A stretch of DNA of 43,307 nucleotides from Gemmatimonadales bacterium (GTDB taxonomy: Bacteria; Gemmatimonadota; Gemmatimonadetes; Gemmatimonadales; GWC2-71-9): the NCBI GenBank assembly GCA_013820855.1, contig JACDHV010000003.1:1-43307 (forward strand). Direction: 5' to 3'. Under the pieces are notes generated by a model. That model saw only the letters and a program-made list of their open reading frames with translations. It searched no databases and had not been told where the DNA came from. Positions within the stretch are counted from its first letter, which is position 1. Every line of letters starts with the position of its first letter. A program made the translations under genes and the position numbers. Positions 1 through 10,981 of the stretch are shown here, piece after piece.

Positions 1-1
1 G

Positions 2-388
2 TTCACGCTCCTGCTGCTCGGCGGGTTCGCCGCGCTGGCGCTGGCGCTCACGGCGATCGGGCTCTACGGCACTACCGCCTACGGAGTGGTACAACGCACC
101 CGGGAGCTCGGCATACGGCTCGCCCTCGGTGCGACGCGTCGCGACGTTCTCTGGGGCGTCATGCGGCACGCGCTGGTGGTGCTCGGCTGCGGGATCGCGA
201 TCGGGCTGGCCGGGGCCCTGCTGCTGGCCCGGTTCCTGTCCACGCTGCTGTTCGAGGTGAGCGCGACCGACCCCGACGTCTACGCCGCGATCGCGCTCGT
301 GCTCCTCGCCGTGGGTGCGGCCGCCGGATTCCTGCCCGCGCGTCGGGCGACCCGCATCGATCCCATCGTGGCCCTGCGCTCGGAGTGA
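2..388 (+). CDS. ABC permease, duplicated MacB/FtsX (ADOP-like), C-terminal part (5' end outside window)
   Basis: Open frame from base 2 (FTLLLLGGFAALALAL...YGVVQRTRELGIRLALGA...LPARRATRIDPIVALRSE), the same C-terminal signature as the downstream paralogs. Confidence 0.9.
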   Translation, partial: FTLLLLGGFAALALALTAIGLYGTTAYGVVQRTRELGIRLALGATRRDVLWGVMRHALVVLGCGIAIGLAGALLLARFLSTLLFEVSATDPDVYAAIALVLLAVGAAAGFLPARRATRIDPIVALRSE

Positions 389-2802
389 TCCACTCCATGG
401 CCTCGCCGTTCTCGACCCTGCGCCACGCTCTCCGCTCGCTGCGCCGCGCTCCGGCCTTCACCCTGGCCGCCGTCACCACGCTCGCGCTCGGCATCGGCGC
501 CACCACGGCGATCTTCAGCGTCGTGAGCGGTGTCCTGCTCGACCCCCTGGGCTATGCCGACGCCGATCGCCTGGTGGTCGTGTGGGGCCGCCATGCGACG
601 ATCGGACGCGAGACGGTTTCGCTGCCCGACTTCCTCGACTGGCGCAGCGAGGCGCGCTCGTTCGAGTCGCTCGCCGCGATGACGCACACCCGGTTCAATC
701 TGACCGGCTCGGGCGAGCCGGAAGTCGTGCGTGGCGGGCTCAGCACCGCGGAACTCCTCGGCGTCTTCGGTATCGTGCCATCGGTCGGACGCGGGTTTCG
801 CGAGGAGGAGGAGCGAGGCGCCGCACCGCGCGTGGCCATGCTGGGTGAAGGGTACTGGCGACGGCGGTTCGGGGGTCAGCGGGAGATCGTCGGCCGGCAG
901 ATCCTGCTGAGCGGCACTCCCCACACGGTGGTTGGCATCGTGCCCGCCGCGCTGCGCCTCGAGGAGCCGGTGGAGGTATGGACGCCGCTGGTCACCGATT
1001 CCACCCGACCTCGGCGCGCCGACTTCCTCACGGTCTTCGGCCGGTTGCATGAGGGAGCGACCGTCGAGCGGGCGCAGGAGGAGATGGCGACGATCGCCCG
1101 GCGGCTCGAGGTCCAGTATCCGGAGACCAATGCCCACTGGAGCGCGGAGGTGGTGAGTCTCCGCGAGCAGATGGTGGGCGAGTTCCGGCCGGCGCTCCTC
1201 GTCTTCATGGGCGCGGTGGGTCTCGTCCTGCTCATCACATGCGCCAACGTGGCGAACCTCATGCTCGTTCGCGTGGCCGGACGGGCGCGCGAGATCACCA
1301 TCCGCTCGGCGCTGGGAGCCTCCCGCGCCCGGCTCGCCGGCGAGCTGCTGTTGGAGTGCGTGATTCTCGCGCTCCTTGGCGGCGCACTCGGCCTCCTCCT
1401 GGCTCTCTGGGGCATCGAGGCCATGCGCTCGCTGCAGCCCGGCACCATTCCCCGAATCGACGAGATCGGCCTCGATCCGCAGGTGCTCGGGTTCGCCCTC
1501 GCCGTCTCGCTGCTCACCGGCCTGCTGTTTGGATTGGCCCCGGTGTGGCGCCTCGCGGGACGCGACCTGCAGGGAGGGCTCGGCGAAGGGAGCCGCGGCG
1601 TCGCCGGGGGCCAGGGCATTCAGCGGGCGCGGTCCGCGCTGGTGCTGGCGGAGGTGGCGCTCGCCTTCGTCCTGCTGGCCGGTGCCACGCTCCTGCTGCG
1701 GAGCTTCGACCGGCTGCAGCAGGTGGATCCGGGTTTCTCCGCCGATCACGTCCTGACCGCCCGGCTGGGCCTGCCGCGCCTGAAGTACGACGACGACGCC
1801 AAACGCATCGCCTTCGGCGAGCGGCTGCTGGCGATGGTGGCGGAGCAGCCGGGCGTCCGGTCGGTCGGGCTCGTGTCGGACGCGCCGCTCGGGGACTCCC
1901 CTCCCTATCTGAGCTTCGAGATCCAGGGGAAGGAGGCGCCCCGCGACGGATCGGTGCAGGACGCCGCGGTGTTCACGGCCACTGCGGAGTACTTCGAGAC
2001 GCTGCGCATCCCCCTCGTCGAGGGTCGGTTCTACGACCGGACCGACCGCGCGGGGAGCGAGGCCGTGGCCGTCATCAACCAGACGATGGCCCGCCGGTTC
2101 TGGGCTGCGGGGGGCGTCGTCGGCGCACGGATCACGCTGGACGACCCCAACGATCTGGAGGCGCGGTGGCTGACCGTGATCGGCGTCGCCGGCGACGTCC
2201 GCCAGGACCGCTTGAGCGAGCGGGCGTACCCCCAGATTTACCTGCCGTTCGCGCAGATGCCGACCCGCTCCATCGTGCTCGCGGTCAGGGCCGATGACCC
2301 GGCGTCGCTCACACCGGCGCTTCGCCGGTCGCTAGCCCAGCTCGATCCCGATCTCCCGCTCGCCAATGTGACCACTCTCGAGGACCGGAAGGCGGCCTCC
2401 CTCGCGCGGCCGCGGGTGAACGCAGCGGTGCTGGGAGCCTTCGCTCTCGCCGCGCTGGTGCTCGCCGCCGTCGGGATCTACGGCGTCGTCGCCTACGGCG
2501 TGGTGCAGCGTACTCGGGAGCTGGGGATCCGGATGGCGCTCGGCGCCGGCGGAGGGACGCTTCTGCGGATGGTGATCCGCCAGGGTATGGCGCCCGTGCT
2601 TGCCGGCATGGCCATCGGGCTCGCCGGAGCGCTCGCGGGCGGCCGCGTGCTTCGAAGCCTGTTGTTCGGCGTCGGCGCCGCTGATCCCGTGACCTTCATC
2701 GGCGTGACCTTCTTCCTCGTCGCGGTGGCGCTGGCGGCGATCTCTCTCCCCGCGCGTCGCGCGGCCCGGTCGGATCCGATGTCCGCGCTGAGGAACGACT
2801 GA
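385..2802 (+). CDS. ABC permease, duplicated MacB_PCD/FtsX (ADOP-like), ~805 aa
   Basis: TLALGIGATTAIFSVV N-terminus, LLITCANVANLML, REITIRSALGA, QRTRELGIRMALGA; start is GTG 385 (overlaps the upstream stop) or ATG 397. Confidence 0.93.
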   Translation: MIHSMASPFSTLRHALRSLRRAPAFTLAAVTTLALGIGATTAIFSVVSGVLLDPLGYADADRLVVVWGRHATIGRETVSLPDFLDWRSEARSFESLAAMTHTRFNLTGSGEPEVVRGGLSTAELLGVFGIVPSVGRGFREEEERGAAPRVAMLGEGYWRRRFGGQREIVGRQILLSGTPHTVVGIVPAALRLEEPVEVWTPLVTDSTRPRRADFLTVFGRLHEGATVERAQEEMATIARRLEVQYPETNAHWSAEVVSLREQMVGEFRPALLVFMGAVGLVLLITCANVANLMLVRVAGRAREITIRSALGASRARLAGELLLECVILALLGGALGLLLALWGIEAMRSLQPGTIPRIDEIGLDPQVLGFALAVSLLTGLLFGLAPVWRLAGRDLQGGLGEGSRGVAGGQGIQRARSALVLAEVALAFVLLAGATLLLRSFDRLQQVDPGFSADHVLTARLGLPRLKYDDDAKRIAFGERLLAMVAEQPGVRSVGLVSDAPLGDSPPYLSFEIQGKEAPRDGSVQDAAVFTATAEYFETLRIPLVEGRFYDRTDRAGSEAVAVINQTMARRFWAAGGVVGARITLDDPNDLEARWLTVIGVAGDVRQDRLSERAYPQIYLPFAQMPTRSIVLAVRADDPASLTPALRRSLAQLDPDLPLANVTTLEDRKAASLARPRVNAAVLGAFALAALVLAAVGIYGVVAYGVVQRTRELGIRMALGAGGGTLLRMVIRQGMAPVLAGMAIGLAGALAGGRVLRSLLFGVGAADPVTFIGVTFFLVAVALAAISLPARRAARSDPMSALRND

Positions 2803-2804
2803 CC

Positions 2805-5232
2805 ATGGACTCGCTGGTGCAGAATCTCCGATTCGCCGTACGGTCGCTCAGGAAGAGTCCCGCCCTGACCACTTCGGTGGTCCTGACGCTGGCGCTCTGC
2901 ATCGGCGCCACGACCGCGATCTTCAGCGTGGTGCACGCGGTCCTCTTCCGCCCGCTGCCCTTCGCGAATCCGGAGGAGATCCTGCTGGTCCGGACGACGT
3001 GGAAAGACATGCCGAGCTCGTTCTCGGTCGGCAATTGGGCCGACGTGCATCGGCAGGCCACGACCTTCCAGTATCTCGTCCCCGCGCACGGCGAAAGCTT
3101 CAACCTCGCCGGCTCGGACACGCCGGAGAACGTGGACGGCGCGCGCGTGGGCGCCGACTACTTCGCCTTGCTGGGCGTTCAACCTGCGCTGGGCCGCAGC
3201 TTCCTCCCCGAAGAGGCGGCGGCCGGGCGGGCCGGCGTGGTGCTGCTGAGTGACGGGCTCTGGCGGCGGCGGTTCGGCGGAGACCCCGGCGTGGTGGGCG
3301 CCGAGATCCGGCTCGACGGCCTGCCGCACACGGTGATCGGCGTGATGCCGGCCTCCATGGATTACACCCTTCTCGATGAAGACCTCTGGGTGCCGACGGC
3401 ATTCACGCCCGGGCAGCTCGCGATGCACGACGAGCACTATCTCACGGTGTTGGCCAGGCTCCGGCCCGGGGTCGGCCTGGCACGGGCGGAGGAGGAACTG
3501 CGGACCCTGGGCCGGTGGCTGGAGACGACGTACCCCCGAGACAACCGGGACCGCGCGATCGTGATGGTCTCTCTGATGGAGGAGCTGGTGGGCGACTACC
3601 GCCCCCGGCTCTTGGTGCTGCTGGGCTCGGTGGTGTTCGTGCTGCTCATCGCCTGCGCCAACATCGCCAACCTGCTGCTCGCCCGGGGGGCCGCGCGCTC
3701 CCGGGAGACGGCGATCCGCGCGGCGATCGGAGCGGGCCGCGGCCATCTCCTCCGCGAGGCTCTCACGGAGAGCATGGTGCTCGCGGCGGCAGGCGGGCTG
3801 CTCGGGCTCCTGGCCGCGTACTGGGGTGTCGGGATGCTGACCGCGTTCGGCCCCGAGGACGTTCCGCGTCTGGCGCTCGCCCGGGTGGAGGGGCCGGTGC
3901 TCGCCTTCGCGCTCGGGCTCACCGTGCTGAGCGGACTGGTGTTCGGCCTGGCGCCCGCCTTCCGCACCGCCGCACGGCTGCCGCACGAGGCACTCAAGGA
4001 GGGCGGACGCAGCGGATCGCGCGCCGGCAGCCGGGACCGGCTCCGCAACGTGCTGGTCGTGAGCGAGATCGCACTGGCGCTGGTACTCCTCACCGGCGCC
4101 GGGCTCCTGATCCGGAGCGCGATCGCGCTCAACGGCGTTCGATCCCGGCTTCGATCCGCGTGGCGTCGTCGCGGGGCGGGTCTCCCTTCCGGCGGTGGCT
4201 TACGAGACGCCCGGGCAGGTGACCCGCGCTTTCGAGCGCATCCAGGCGGGCATCACGGCCGTGCCCGGCGTGGCGAGCGGGGCGCTGGTCTCGGCGGCGC
4301 CGCTGGAGGGTGGTGGCAGCAACGGTCTCGTGCCCGAGGGTCGTCCGATCGACATCTCCTCCTCCATCAACTCGCTCATGCGGCTGGTGACGCCGGACTA
4401 CTTCGCGACGATGCGGATCGAGCTCGTCCGCGGCCGCGGCTTCGGCCCCGACGACCGGCAGGGCGCGCCGCTGGTCATGGTGATCAACGAAACGCTGGCC
4501 CGCGAGGCCTTTCCCGGGCAGGACCCCATCGGGAAGCGGATCGCGTGCTGCGAGCCAGGGCCCGACGGCTCACCGAACTGGAAAGAGGTGGTCGGGGTGG
4601 CCAGAGACGTCCGCGCCACGGGCCTCGAGGAAGAGCCGGTGCCCGAGTTCTACCTCCCGATGGTGCAGGCGCCCGGCGCGGCGTGGAGCTGGACCGATCG
4701 GACCATGACCGTCGTGGCGCGGGCGCAGGGAGACGCGATTCCGCTCATGGCTCCGCTTCGCCGCGCCGTCGCGGAGGTCGACCCGGCGCTCCCGCTCTAC
4801 AATCTTGGCACGATGCAGGGCAGGCTGATGGATTCCCTGGCGCAGTCCCGCTTCAGCACGATGCTGCTGACGCTGTTCGGCGCGCTCGCGCTCGCCGCCG
4901 TCGGCGTGTACGGTGTCATCTCCTATGGCGTCGCCCAGCGGACCCAGGAGATCGGGATCCGGATGGCGCTCGGGGCGTGCCACGCCGACGTGCTGGCCAT
5001 GGTGGTGCGCCACGGTGCGGGGCTGGCCGGGATCGGGCTCGTCATCGGCCTGGCCGGAGCGCTCGCGCTGTCCCGGCTGGTTTCCAGCCTGCTGTTCAGG
5101 GTGAGTCCGACCGATCCGCCGACGTTCGCGGCCGGAATGGTGGTGCTGACGGCGGTCGCGGTGCTCGCGGCGGCGATTCCGGCGCGGCGGGCGGCCCGCA
5201 CAGATCCCATGGTCGCCCTGCGGAACGACTAG
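2805..5232 (+). pseudogene. ABC permease (ADOP-like) with a +1 frameshift at ~4138-4140
   Basis: Frame 2805 is permease-like to ...ALNGV; the conserved VDPGFDP continues in the next frame (GTT C GAT CCC GGC TTC) and runs into ORF 4195..5232, ending DPMVALRND. May be a sequencing error. Confidence 0.88.
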
Positions 5233-5233
5233 C

Positions 5234-5944
5234 ATGGCGCTCGCGATCGATCCGCTGATCCGCCTCGAGGGAGTCTCCAAGATCTTCCATACCGAGGAGG
5301 TGGAGACCCACGCCCTCTCAGGTGTGGACCTCGAGATCCGGGCCGGCGAGTTCGTGGCGATCGGGGGGCCCTCGGGCTGCGGCAAGACCACGCTGCTGTC
5401 CATCCTCGGCCTGCTCGATTCCCCGAGCGAAGGCAGCTACGTGCTCGCCGGCGAGCCGGTGGCGACGCTCTCGGCGGCGCAGCGGGCCCGGGTACGCAGC
5501 CGGGCCATCGGCTTCATCTTCCAGGCCTTCAATCTCATCGGCGACCTGGACGTGTTCCAGAACGTCGAGCTCCCGCTTCGATACCGGGGGATGGCCGCCG
5601 CCGAGCGGCGGGCCCTGGTGCACGAGGCGCTGGGGCGCGTCGGCCTGCTCCACCGGATCCGTCACTACCCGTCGCAGCTCTCGGGGGGACAGCAGCAACG
5701 CGTCGCCGTGGCGCGGGCGGTGGTGGGCAAGCCGCTGGTGCTCCTCGCCGACGAGCCCACCGGCAATCTCGATTCCCGGAACGGCGCGCAGGTGATGGAG
5801 CTGCTGGGCGAGCTCCACGACGACGGTGCCACGATCGCGATCGTCACCCACGACGCGCGGTACCTGAGCCGCGCCGGGCGCCATGTCTTTCTCTTCGATG
5901 GGCGGGTCGTGCCCCACTCGCCGCTCGACCGGGAGGTGGCATGA
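5234..5944 (+). CDS. ABC transporter ATP-binding protein (LolD/MacB-type)
   Basis: Walker A GPSGCGKT, LSGGQQQR signature, LLADEPTGNLD, VTHD. Confidence 0.95.
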   Translation: MALAIDPLIRLEGVSKIFHTEEVETHALSGVDLEIRAGEFVAIGGPSGCGKTTLLSILGLLDSPSEGSYVLAGEPVATLSAAQRARVRSRAIGFIFQAFNLIGDLDVFQNVELPLRYRGMAAAERRALVHEALGRVGLLHRIRHYPSQLSGGQQQRVAVARAVVGKPLVLLADEPTGNLDSRNGAQVMELLGELHDDGATIAIVTHDARYLSRAGRHVFLFDGRVVPHSPLDREVA

Positions 5945-8403
5945 TGGACGTGTTCCGGCGGGATCTTCGTTTCGCGGCACGCAGCCTGTCTCGGAGTCCG
6001 GCGTTCACGGCGATCGCCGTGCTGACGCTGGCCCTCGGCATCGGCACCAACACCGCGATCTTCAGCGTGGTGAACGCAGTACTGCTCCGGCCGCTGGCCT
6101 ACCGCGAGCCGGGGCGGCTGATCTCCATCCGGTCGGCGCTGGACGCCCGCGCGGCGCAGGGGCTCCCGTCGTCGGCGCCGGAGTATCGGGACTACCGCCG
6201 CGAGGTGCCGGCGCTCCAGGACATCGCTGCCGTCTGGCCCATCAACATCAATCTCACCGGGCACGGCGAGCCCGAGCGGATCCAGGCCGCGGTCGTCTCC
6301 ACCAACTACTTCTCGGTGCTGGGAGTGGCGCCGGTGCTGGGCAGGACGTTCGGCCCCGAGGACGACGGCGGGCGCATCGGATACGTCACGCTCATCTCCT
6401 ACGACCTCTGGCAGCGTCGCTTCGGGGGCCGCCGCGACGTGATCGGGAAGAGCGTCCGCCTGGACGACGACCCGATGACGATCATCGGGGTGATGCCGAA
6501 GGGCTTCCGCCACCCGGTGGAGAGCGGCGCGTCGCCGATGGACGTCTGGGCGCCGATCGAGCTGGCCAACACCGACTCCAACTTCATCGACTTCCGCGAC
6601 ATGCGGGTATTCGACCTCTTCGGCCGTCTCGCGCCCGGCGCGACCCTGGAGCAGGCGAGCGCGCAGTTCGAGGCGCTGCGTGGCAGGCTCGCCGAGCGCT
6701 ATCCCGACGTCTATCTCACCTCCCTCGGCTGGCGGGTGGACGTCGCGCCGCTCGCCGAACGGGTGGTCGGCGACGTGCGGCCGGCGCTGCTGGTTCTCCT
6801 CGGCGCGGTGGGATTCGTCCTGCTGATCGGCTGCGCCAACGTGGCCAACCTGCTGCTGGCGCGCGCGACGACGCGCGATCGCGAGATCGCCATCCGGACG
6901 GCGCTGGGGGGCGGGCGCTCGCGCCTCGTCCGCCAGCTCCTGACCGAGAGCCTGATGCTCGCGGCCATCGGCGGGGCACTTGGGCTCGCGCTCGCCGTCT
7001 GGGGCACCGAGGCGCTCGGCCGGCTCGCCGCCCTGCACCTGCCGCGCGCCCGGGAGATCGGCGTGGACTGGAACGTTCTTGGCTTCACCGCGGTGGTAGT
7101 CCTCGTCACCGGCATCGGGTTCGGACTCATTCCGGCCCTGCAGACCACCCGGCCGGATCTCCAATCGGTGCTCAAGGATTCCGGCCGTGGCGCGAGCGCG
7201 GGGGCGCCGCGGGCGCGCGTGCGGGGCGCGCTGGTGGTCGCAGAGGTGGCGGTCGCGCTGGTGCTGCTGACCGGGGCCGGGCTCCTGCTCAGGAGCTTCG
7301 AGCGGCTGCTCGCCGTCGAGACCGGGTTCAACCCGGACAACCTGCTGACTCTTCAGGTCTGGCTGCCGTGGCCCAATGAGGCGGAGAAGGGCCGCTATTT
7401 CACCCAGGAGCAGCGGCTCGCGTTCTACGACCGCGCCGTGGAGAAGGTCCGCCAGGTGCCCGGCGTTCGCGACGTGGCGCTCACGTCCCGACTGCCGCTT
7501 CGCGGCCGGAACAACACCCGCTTCACCATCGAAGGCAGGGCGCCGGCGGCCGACAAGCCGCCGCCGATCGCCGAGTTCCGGTCGGTCACGCCGAGCTACT
7601 TCGAGACGATGCAGATCGCGATCCTTCGCGGTGAAGGTCTCCCGGAGCTGGCGGACTCGGCCTCCGGCGGCACGGCGGTGATCAACCGCAGGATGAGCGA
7701 GAGGTACTTCCCGGACGACGACCCGATCGGGGGGCGGATTCAGATCTTCGGGCCGGAGGGCCCATGGCTCACCATCCGGGGCGTCGTGGGCGACGTTCGC
7801 CAGATCGGCCTGGACGAGCCGCCCTTCGAGGAGCTGTACGTGTCCGCGCGGTCGAACGCCGGCCAGGAGATGGCGATGATCGTCCGGACCACGGGCGATC
7901 CGGAGTCGCGCGCGGCCGCGGTGACCAACGCGGTGCGCTCCGCCGACCCGGAGCAGCCGGTCTTCGCGGTCATGTCCATGGATCGCCTCATGGCCAACGC
8001 CACGGCCGAACGGCGCTTCTCGCTGCTGCTGCTCACCCTCTTCGCCGCGATCGCACTGGTGCTCTCGGCCATCGGCATCTACGGTGTCATGGCCTACACC
8101 ACGACCCAGCGGCGTCATGAGATCGGAATCCGCCTGGCGCTGGGCGCCGGCGGCTCGGATGTGTTGCGGCTGGTGGTCGGGCAGGGGATGCGGATGGTGC
8201 TGGCCGGTCTGGCCGGCGGGCTCTTCGGGGCGTGGGCTCTGAGCCGGGTGCTCTCGAGCCAGCTCTTCGGCATCACGGCGCGGGACCCAGTGACCTTCGT
8301 GACCGTCGCCATCCTGCTCGGTGTCGTGGCCCTGGCGGCGACCTGGTTCCCTGCTCAACGGGCTACCCGGGTGGATCCCATGATCTCCTTGAGATCCGAA
8401 TGA
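5941..8403 (+). CDS. ABC permease, duplicated MacB/FtsX (ADOP-like), 820 aa
   Basis: Same motifs as its paralogs; ATGA overlap with the ATPase stop. Confidence 0.94.
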   Translation: MMDVFRRDLRFAARSLSRSPAFTAIAVLTLALGIGTNTAIFSVVNAVLLRPLAYREPGRLISIRSALDARAAQGLPSSAPEYRDYRREVPALQDIAAVWPININLTGHGEPERIQAAVVSTNYFSVLGVAPVLGRTFGPEDDGGRIGYVTLISYDLWQRRFGGRRDVIGKSVRLDDDPMTIIGVMPKGFRHPVESGASPMDVWAPIELANTDSNFIDFRDMRVFDLFGRLAPGATLEQASAQFEALRGRLAERYPDVYLTSLGWRVDVAPLAERVVGDVRPALLVLLGAVGFVLLIGCANVANLLLARATTRDREIAIRTALGGGRSRLVRQLLTESLMLAAIGGALGLALAVWGTEALGRLAALHLPRAREIGVDWNVLGFTAVVVLVTGIGFGLIPALQTTRPDLQSVLKDSGRGASAGAPRARVRGALVVAEVAVALVLLTGAGLLLRSFERLLAVETGFNPDNLLTLQVWLPWPNEAEKGRYFTQEQRLAFYDRAVEKVRQVPGVRDVALTSRLPLRGRNNTRFTIEGRAPAADKPPPIAEFRSVTPSYFETMQIAILRGEGLPELADSASGGTAVINRRMSERYFPDDDPIGGRIQIFGPEGPWLTIRGVVGDVRQIGLDEPPFEELYVSARSNAGQEMAMIVRTTGDPESRAAAVTNAVRSADPEQPVFAVMSMDRLMANATAERRFSLLLLTLFAAIALVLSAIGIYGVMAYTTTQRRHEIGIRLALGAGGSDVLRLVVGQGMRMVLAGLAGGLFGAWALSRVLSSQLFGITARDPVTFVTVAILLGVVALAATWFPAQRATRVDPMISLRSE

Positions 8404-8423
8404 GGGGGCGCGCCGATGTCCCA

Positions 8424-8504
8424 ATGGTCGCCACTGCCGCTTCCCTCCTGCCCGCGCTGCGGGCGACCCACACCGACCCGATCACCGTCATCCGGAGCGA
8501 CTGA
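8424..8504 (+). pseudogene. C-terminal remnant (26 aa) of another ABC permease
   Basis: MVATAASLLPALRATHTDPITVIRSD* matches the paralog tail (LPARRATRVDP..LRSE); its TGA overlaps the next ATG. Confidence 0.75.
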
Positions 8505-10957
8505 TGAGCAGTCTCGGACACGACCTGCGCTTCGCCTTGCGTGCCCTGCGGCGCACATCCGGGTTCACGGTCGCCGCGGTCGCGGCACTGGCCCTCGGGA
8601 TCGGCGCGACGACCACCATCTTCACCGTGGTGAACGGCGTGCTCCTCCGGCCCCTGCGGTACGAGGCACCCGATCGCCTGGTGAACATCTGGAACGATCT
8701 GGGCGAGGGCGCGCAGTCGCTCCCCGCCGTGTCGCCGCTCGACTTCCGCGACTACAAGCAGCGGAGCCGCACCTTCGAGGACTTCGCGGCGGCCGCCGAG
8801 GGCAACGTGGCCAACCTCCGGGGCAACCTCACGGGCGAGGGCGAGCCGGAGCGGGCGGACATCGTCACGGTTACGGCCAATTTCTTCCCCCTCCTGGGCG
8901 TCAGCCCCATGCTCGGCCGCCAGTTCCTGCCCGAGGAGGAGGTGGTGAACGGACCGCACGTGGTGATGCTGAGCCACCGGCTCTGGCAGCGCCGGTTCGC
9001 CGGGGATCCGTCGCTGGTGGGGAAGACCATTCAGGTCGATGGCGTCGCCCACGAGGTGGTGGGGATCCTCCCGCGGGACTTCAGCCTCCAACTGCCCACC
9101 GAGGCGTTCCAGGTTACCGACGGCGACCTCTGGGCGCCGATCCAGTTCGACTACGGCACGCCGCTGCCGCGGAACCTGACGTTCTTCACCGTGTTCGGAC
9201 GGCTCGCCCCCGGAATGACCTTCGAGCAGGCGCAGGCCGAGATGGATCTGATCGCCGAACAGTTCCGGTCGGAGTTCAAGGAGCACGCCGCGTCGAAGCT
9301 TCGCATCCGCGCCGTGCCGCTGCACTACGACGTGGTGAAGCATGCGAGACCGGCTCTTCTCATCCTGCTCGGCGCGGTGGGAATGGTGCTGCTGATCGCG
9401 TGCGCCAATGTGGCGAACCTGCTCCTGGTGCGGGGAACGACCCGCCGCGCCGAGTTCGCGCTGCGCACGGCGCTTGGCGCGAGCCGGACGGCGCTGGTGC
9501 GTCAGGTGCTGACTGAAAGCCTGCTCCTGGCGGTGGCCGGGGGCGGGCTCGGCCTCGGCATGACCGTATCCGCGCTCGCGGTGCTCCGAAGGCTCCACCC
9601 CGCCAACCTTCCGCGACTGGCCGACGTCCAGCTCGACGCGACGGTGCTCGTCTTCACCGCGGCCGTCTGCGCGGTCACCGCGGTGCTGTTCGGCCTCGTG
9701 CCGGCGCTGCGCGCGGCGGGCACCGACCCGCAGGAGCATCTCAAGGCGGGCGGCCGAGGTGGCAGCGCCGGCGACCGCCGGGGAGCGCGGAACCTACTCA
9801 TCGTCGCCGAGGTGGCCCTGTCCGTGGTCCTGCTGGTCGGCGCCGGTCTCCTCATCCGGAGCTTTCTCGCGCTGCAGCGGGTGGACCCGGGGTACGACGC
9901 CGGCGACGTGCTGACGTTCGAGCTCTCGATGCCGTTCGGCAAGTACCCGGGAGGACCGTCGCGTCGGGCGTTCTTCCGGGATCTGACGGGACGGCTGGAG
10001 GCGCTGCCGGGTGTGAGGAGTGTCGGCAGGGTCTCCCAGCTTCCGCTCACCGGCAGCGGGCCGCTCTCGCCGTTCGCGTACGACGAGGAGACCGCGCGCA
10101 ACTTCGAAAGCGTGACCGCCGACGGGCGCAACATCTCGCCCGAGTACTTCGAGGCGATGGATGCCCAGCTCGTCGCCGGCCGCACCTTCACCTACCAGGA
10201 CTCGGCCGGCACCCCGCCGGTGATCATCGTCGACGAGACGCTGGCCCGTCTCGCGTGGCCGGGAGAGACCGCGGTCGGGAAGCAGCTGCAGCTCGCGCCG
10301 ACCGGCGAGGAGAACGCCTTCTCCGAGGTGGTGGGCGTCGTCGAGCACATGCGCCAGCACGACCTCACCCGCGACATTCTCCACCAGATCTACTACCCGA
10401 TCGGTCAGGGCACGCCGACGACGATGACCTTCGTCGTGGAGACCGCGATGGACCCCGCCAGCCTGATCCCGGTGGTGCGCCGGACGGTGGAGTCCATGGA
10501 CCCGGACCTGCCGGTGAGCCGCCTCGCGCCGATGAGCGAGTATCTCTCCGAAGGCCGTGCGCAGGCGCGGTTCAGCCTGGTGCTCATGTCGGCTCTCGGT
10601 GGGGTGGCGCTCCTGCTCACGGCCGTGGGCGTCTTCGGCGTCATCTCGTACTCCGTGAGTCAGCGGACGCGCGAGTTCGGCATACGGCTGGCGCTCGGCG
10701 AGGATCCGCGGCACACCAGGCTGAGCGTGGTACGCGGCGGGATGCGCCTGGTGCTGCTGAGCATCGGCATCGGGCTGGTGGGCTCGCTGGCCGTCACCCG
10801 GCTGATCGCGGGGCTGCTCTACGAGGTGCGGCCCGCCGATCCGGTGACCTTCGCCGGGATCGGCCTGCTGCTCGCGCTGGTGGCGCTGCTCGCCTGCTAC
10901 CTGCCGGCTCGGCGCGCGACCCGCGTGGACCCCGCGCTGACGCTCCGGAGCGAATGA
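8504..10957 (+). CDS. ABC permease, duplicated MacB/FtsX (ADOP-like), 817 aa
   Basis: ALALGIGATTTIFTVV, LLIACANVANLLL, QRTREFGIRLALG, YLPARRATRVDP. Confidence 0.94.
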   Translation: MSSLGHDLRFALRALRRTSGFTVAAVAALALGIGATTTIFTVVNGVLLRPLRYEAPDRLVNIWNDLGEGAQSLPAVSPLDFRDYKQRSRTFEDFAAAAEGNVANLRGNLTGEGEPERADIVTVTANFFPLLGVSPMLGRQFLPEEEVVNGPHVVMLSHRLWQRRFAGDPSLVGKTIQVDGVAHEVVGILPRDFSLQLPTEAFQVTDGDLWAPIQFDYGTPLPRNLTFFTVFGRLAPGMTFEQAQAEMDLIAEQFRSEFKEHAASKLRIRAVPLHYDVVKHARPALLILLGAVGMVLLIACANVANLLLVRGTTRRAEFALRTALGASRTALVRQVLTESLLLAVAGGGLGLGMTVSALAVLRRLHPANLPRLADVQLDATVLVFTAAVCAVTAVLFGLVPALRAAGTDPQEHLKAGGRGGSAGDRRGARNLLIVAEVALSVVLLVGAGLLIRSFLALQRVDPGYDAGDVLTFELSMPFGKYPGGPSRRAFFRDLTGRLEALPGVRSVGRVSQLPLTGSGPLSPFAYDEETARNFESVTADGRNISPEYFEAMDAQLVAGRTFTYQDSAGTPPVIIVDETLARLAWPGETAVGKQLQLAPTGEENAFSEVVGVVEHMRQHDLTRDILHQIYYPIGQGTPTTMTFVVETAMDPASLIPVVRRTVESMDPDLPVSRLAPMSEYLSEGRAQARFSLVLMSALGGVALLLTAVGVFGVISYSVSQRTREFGIRLALGEDPRHTRLSVVRGGMRLVLLSIGIGLVGSLAVTRLIAGLLYEVRPADPVTFAGIGLLLALVALLACYLPARRATRVDPALTLRSE

Positions 10958-10981
10958 GCCCGCCCCTCTGAAGCGCGTCAT

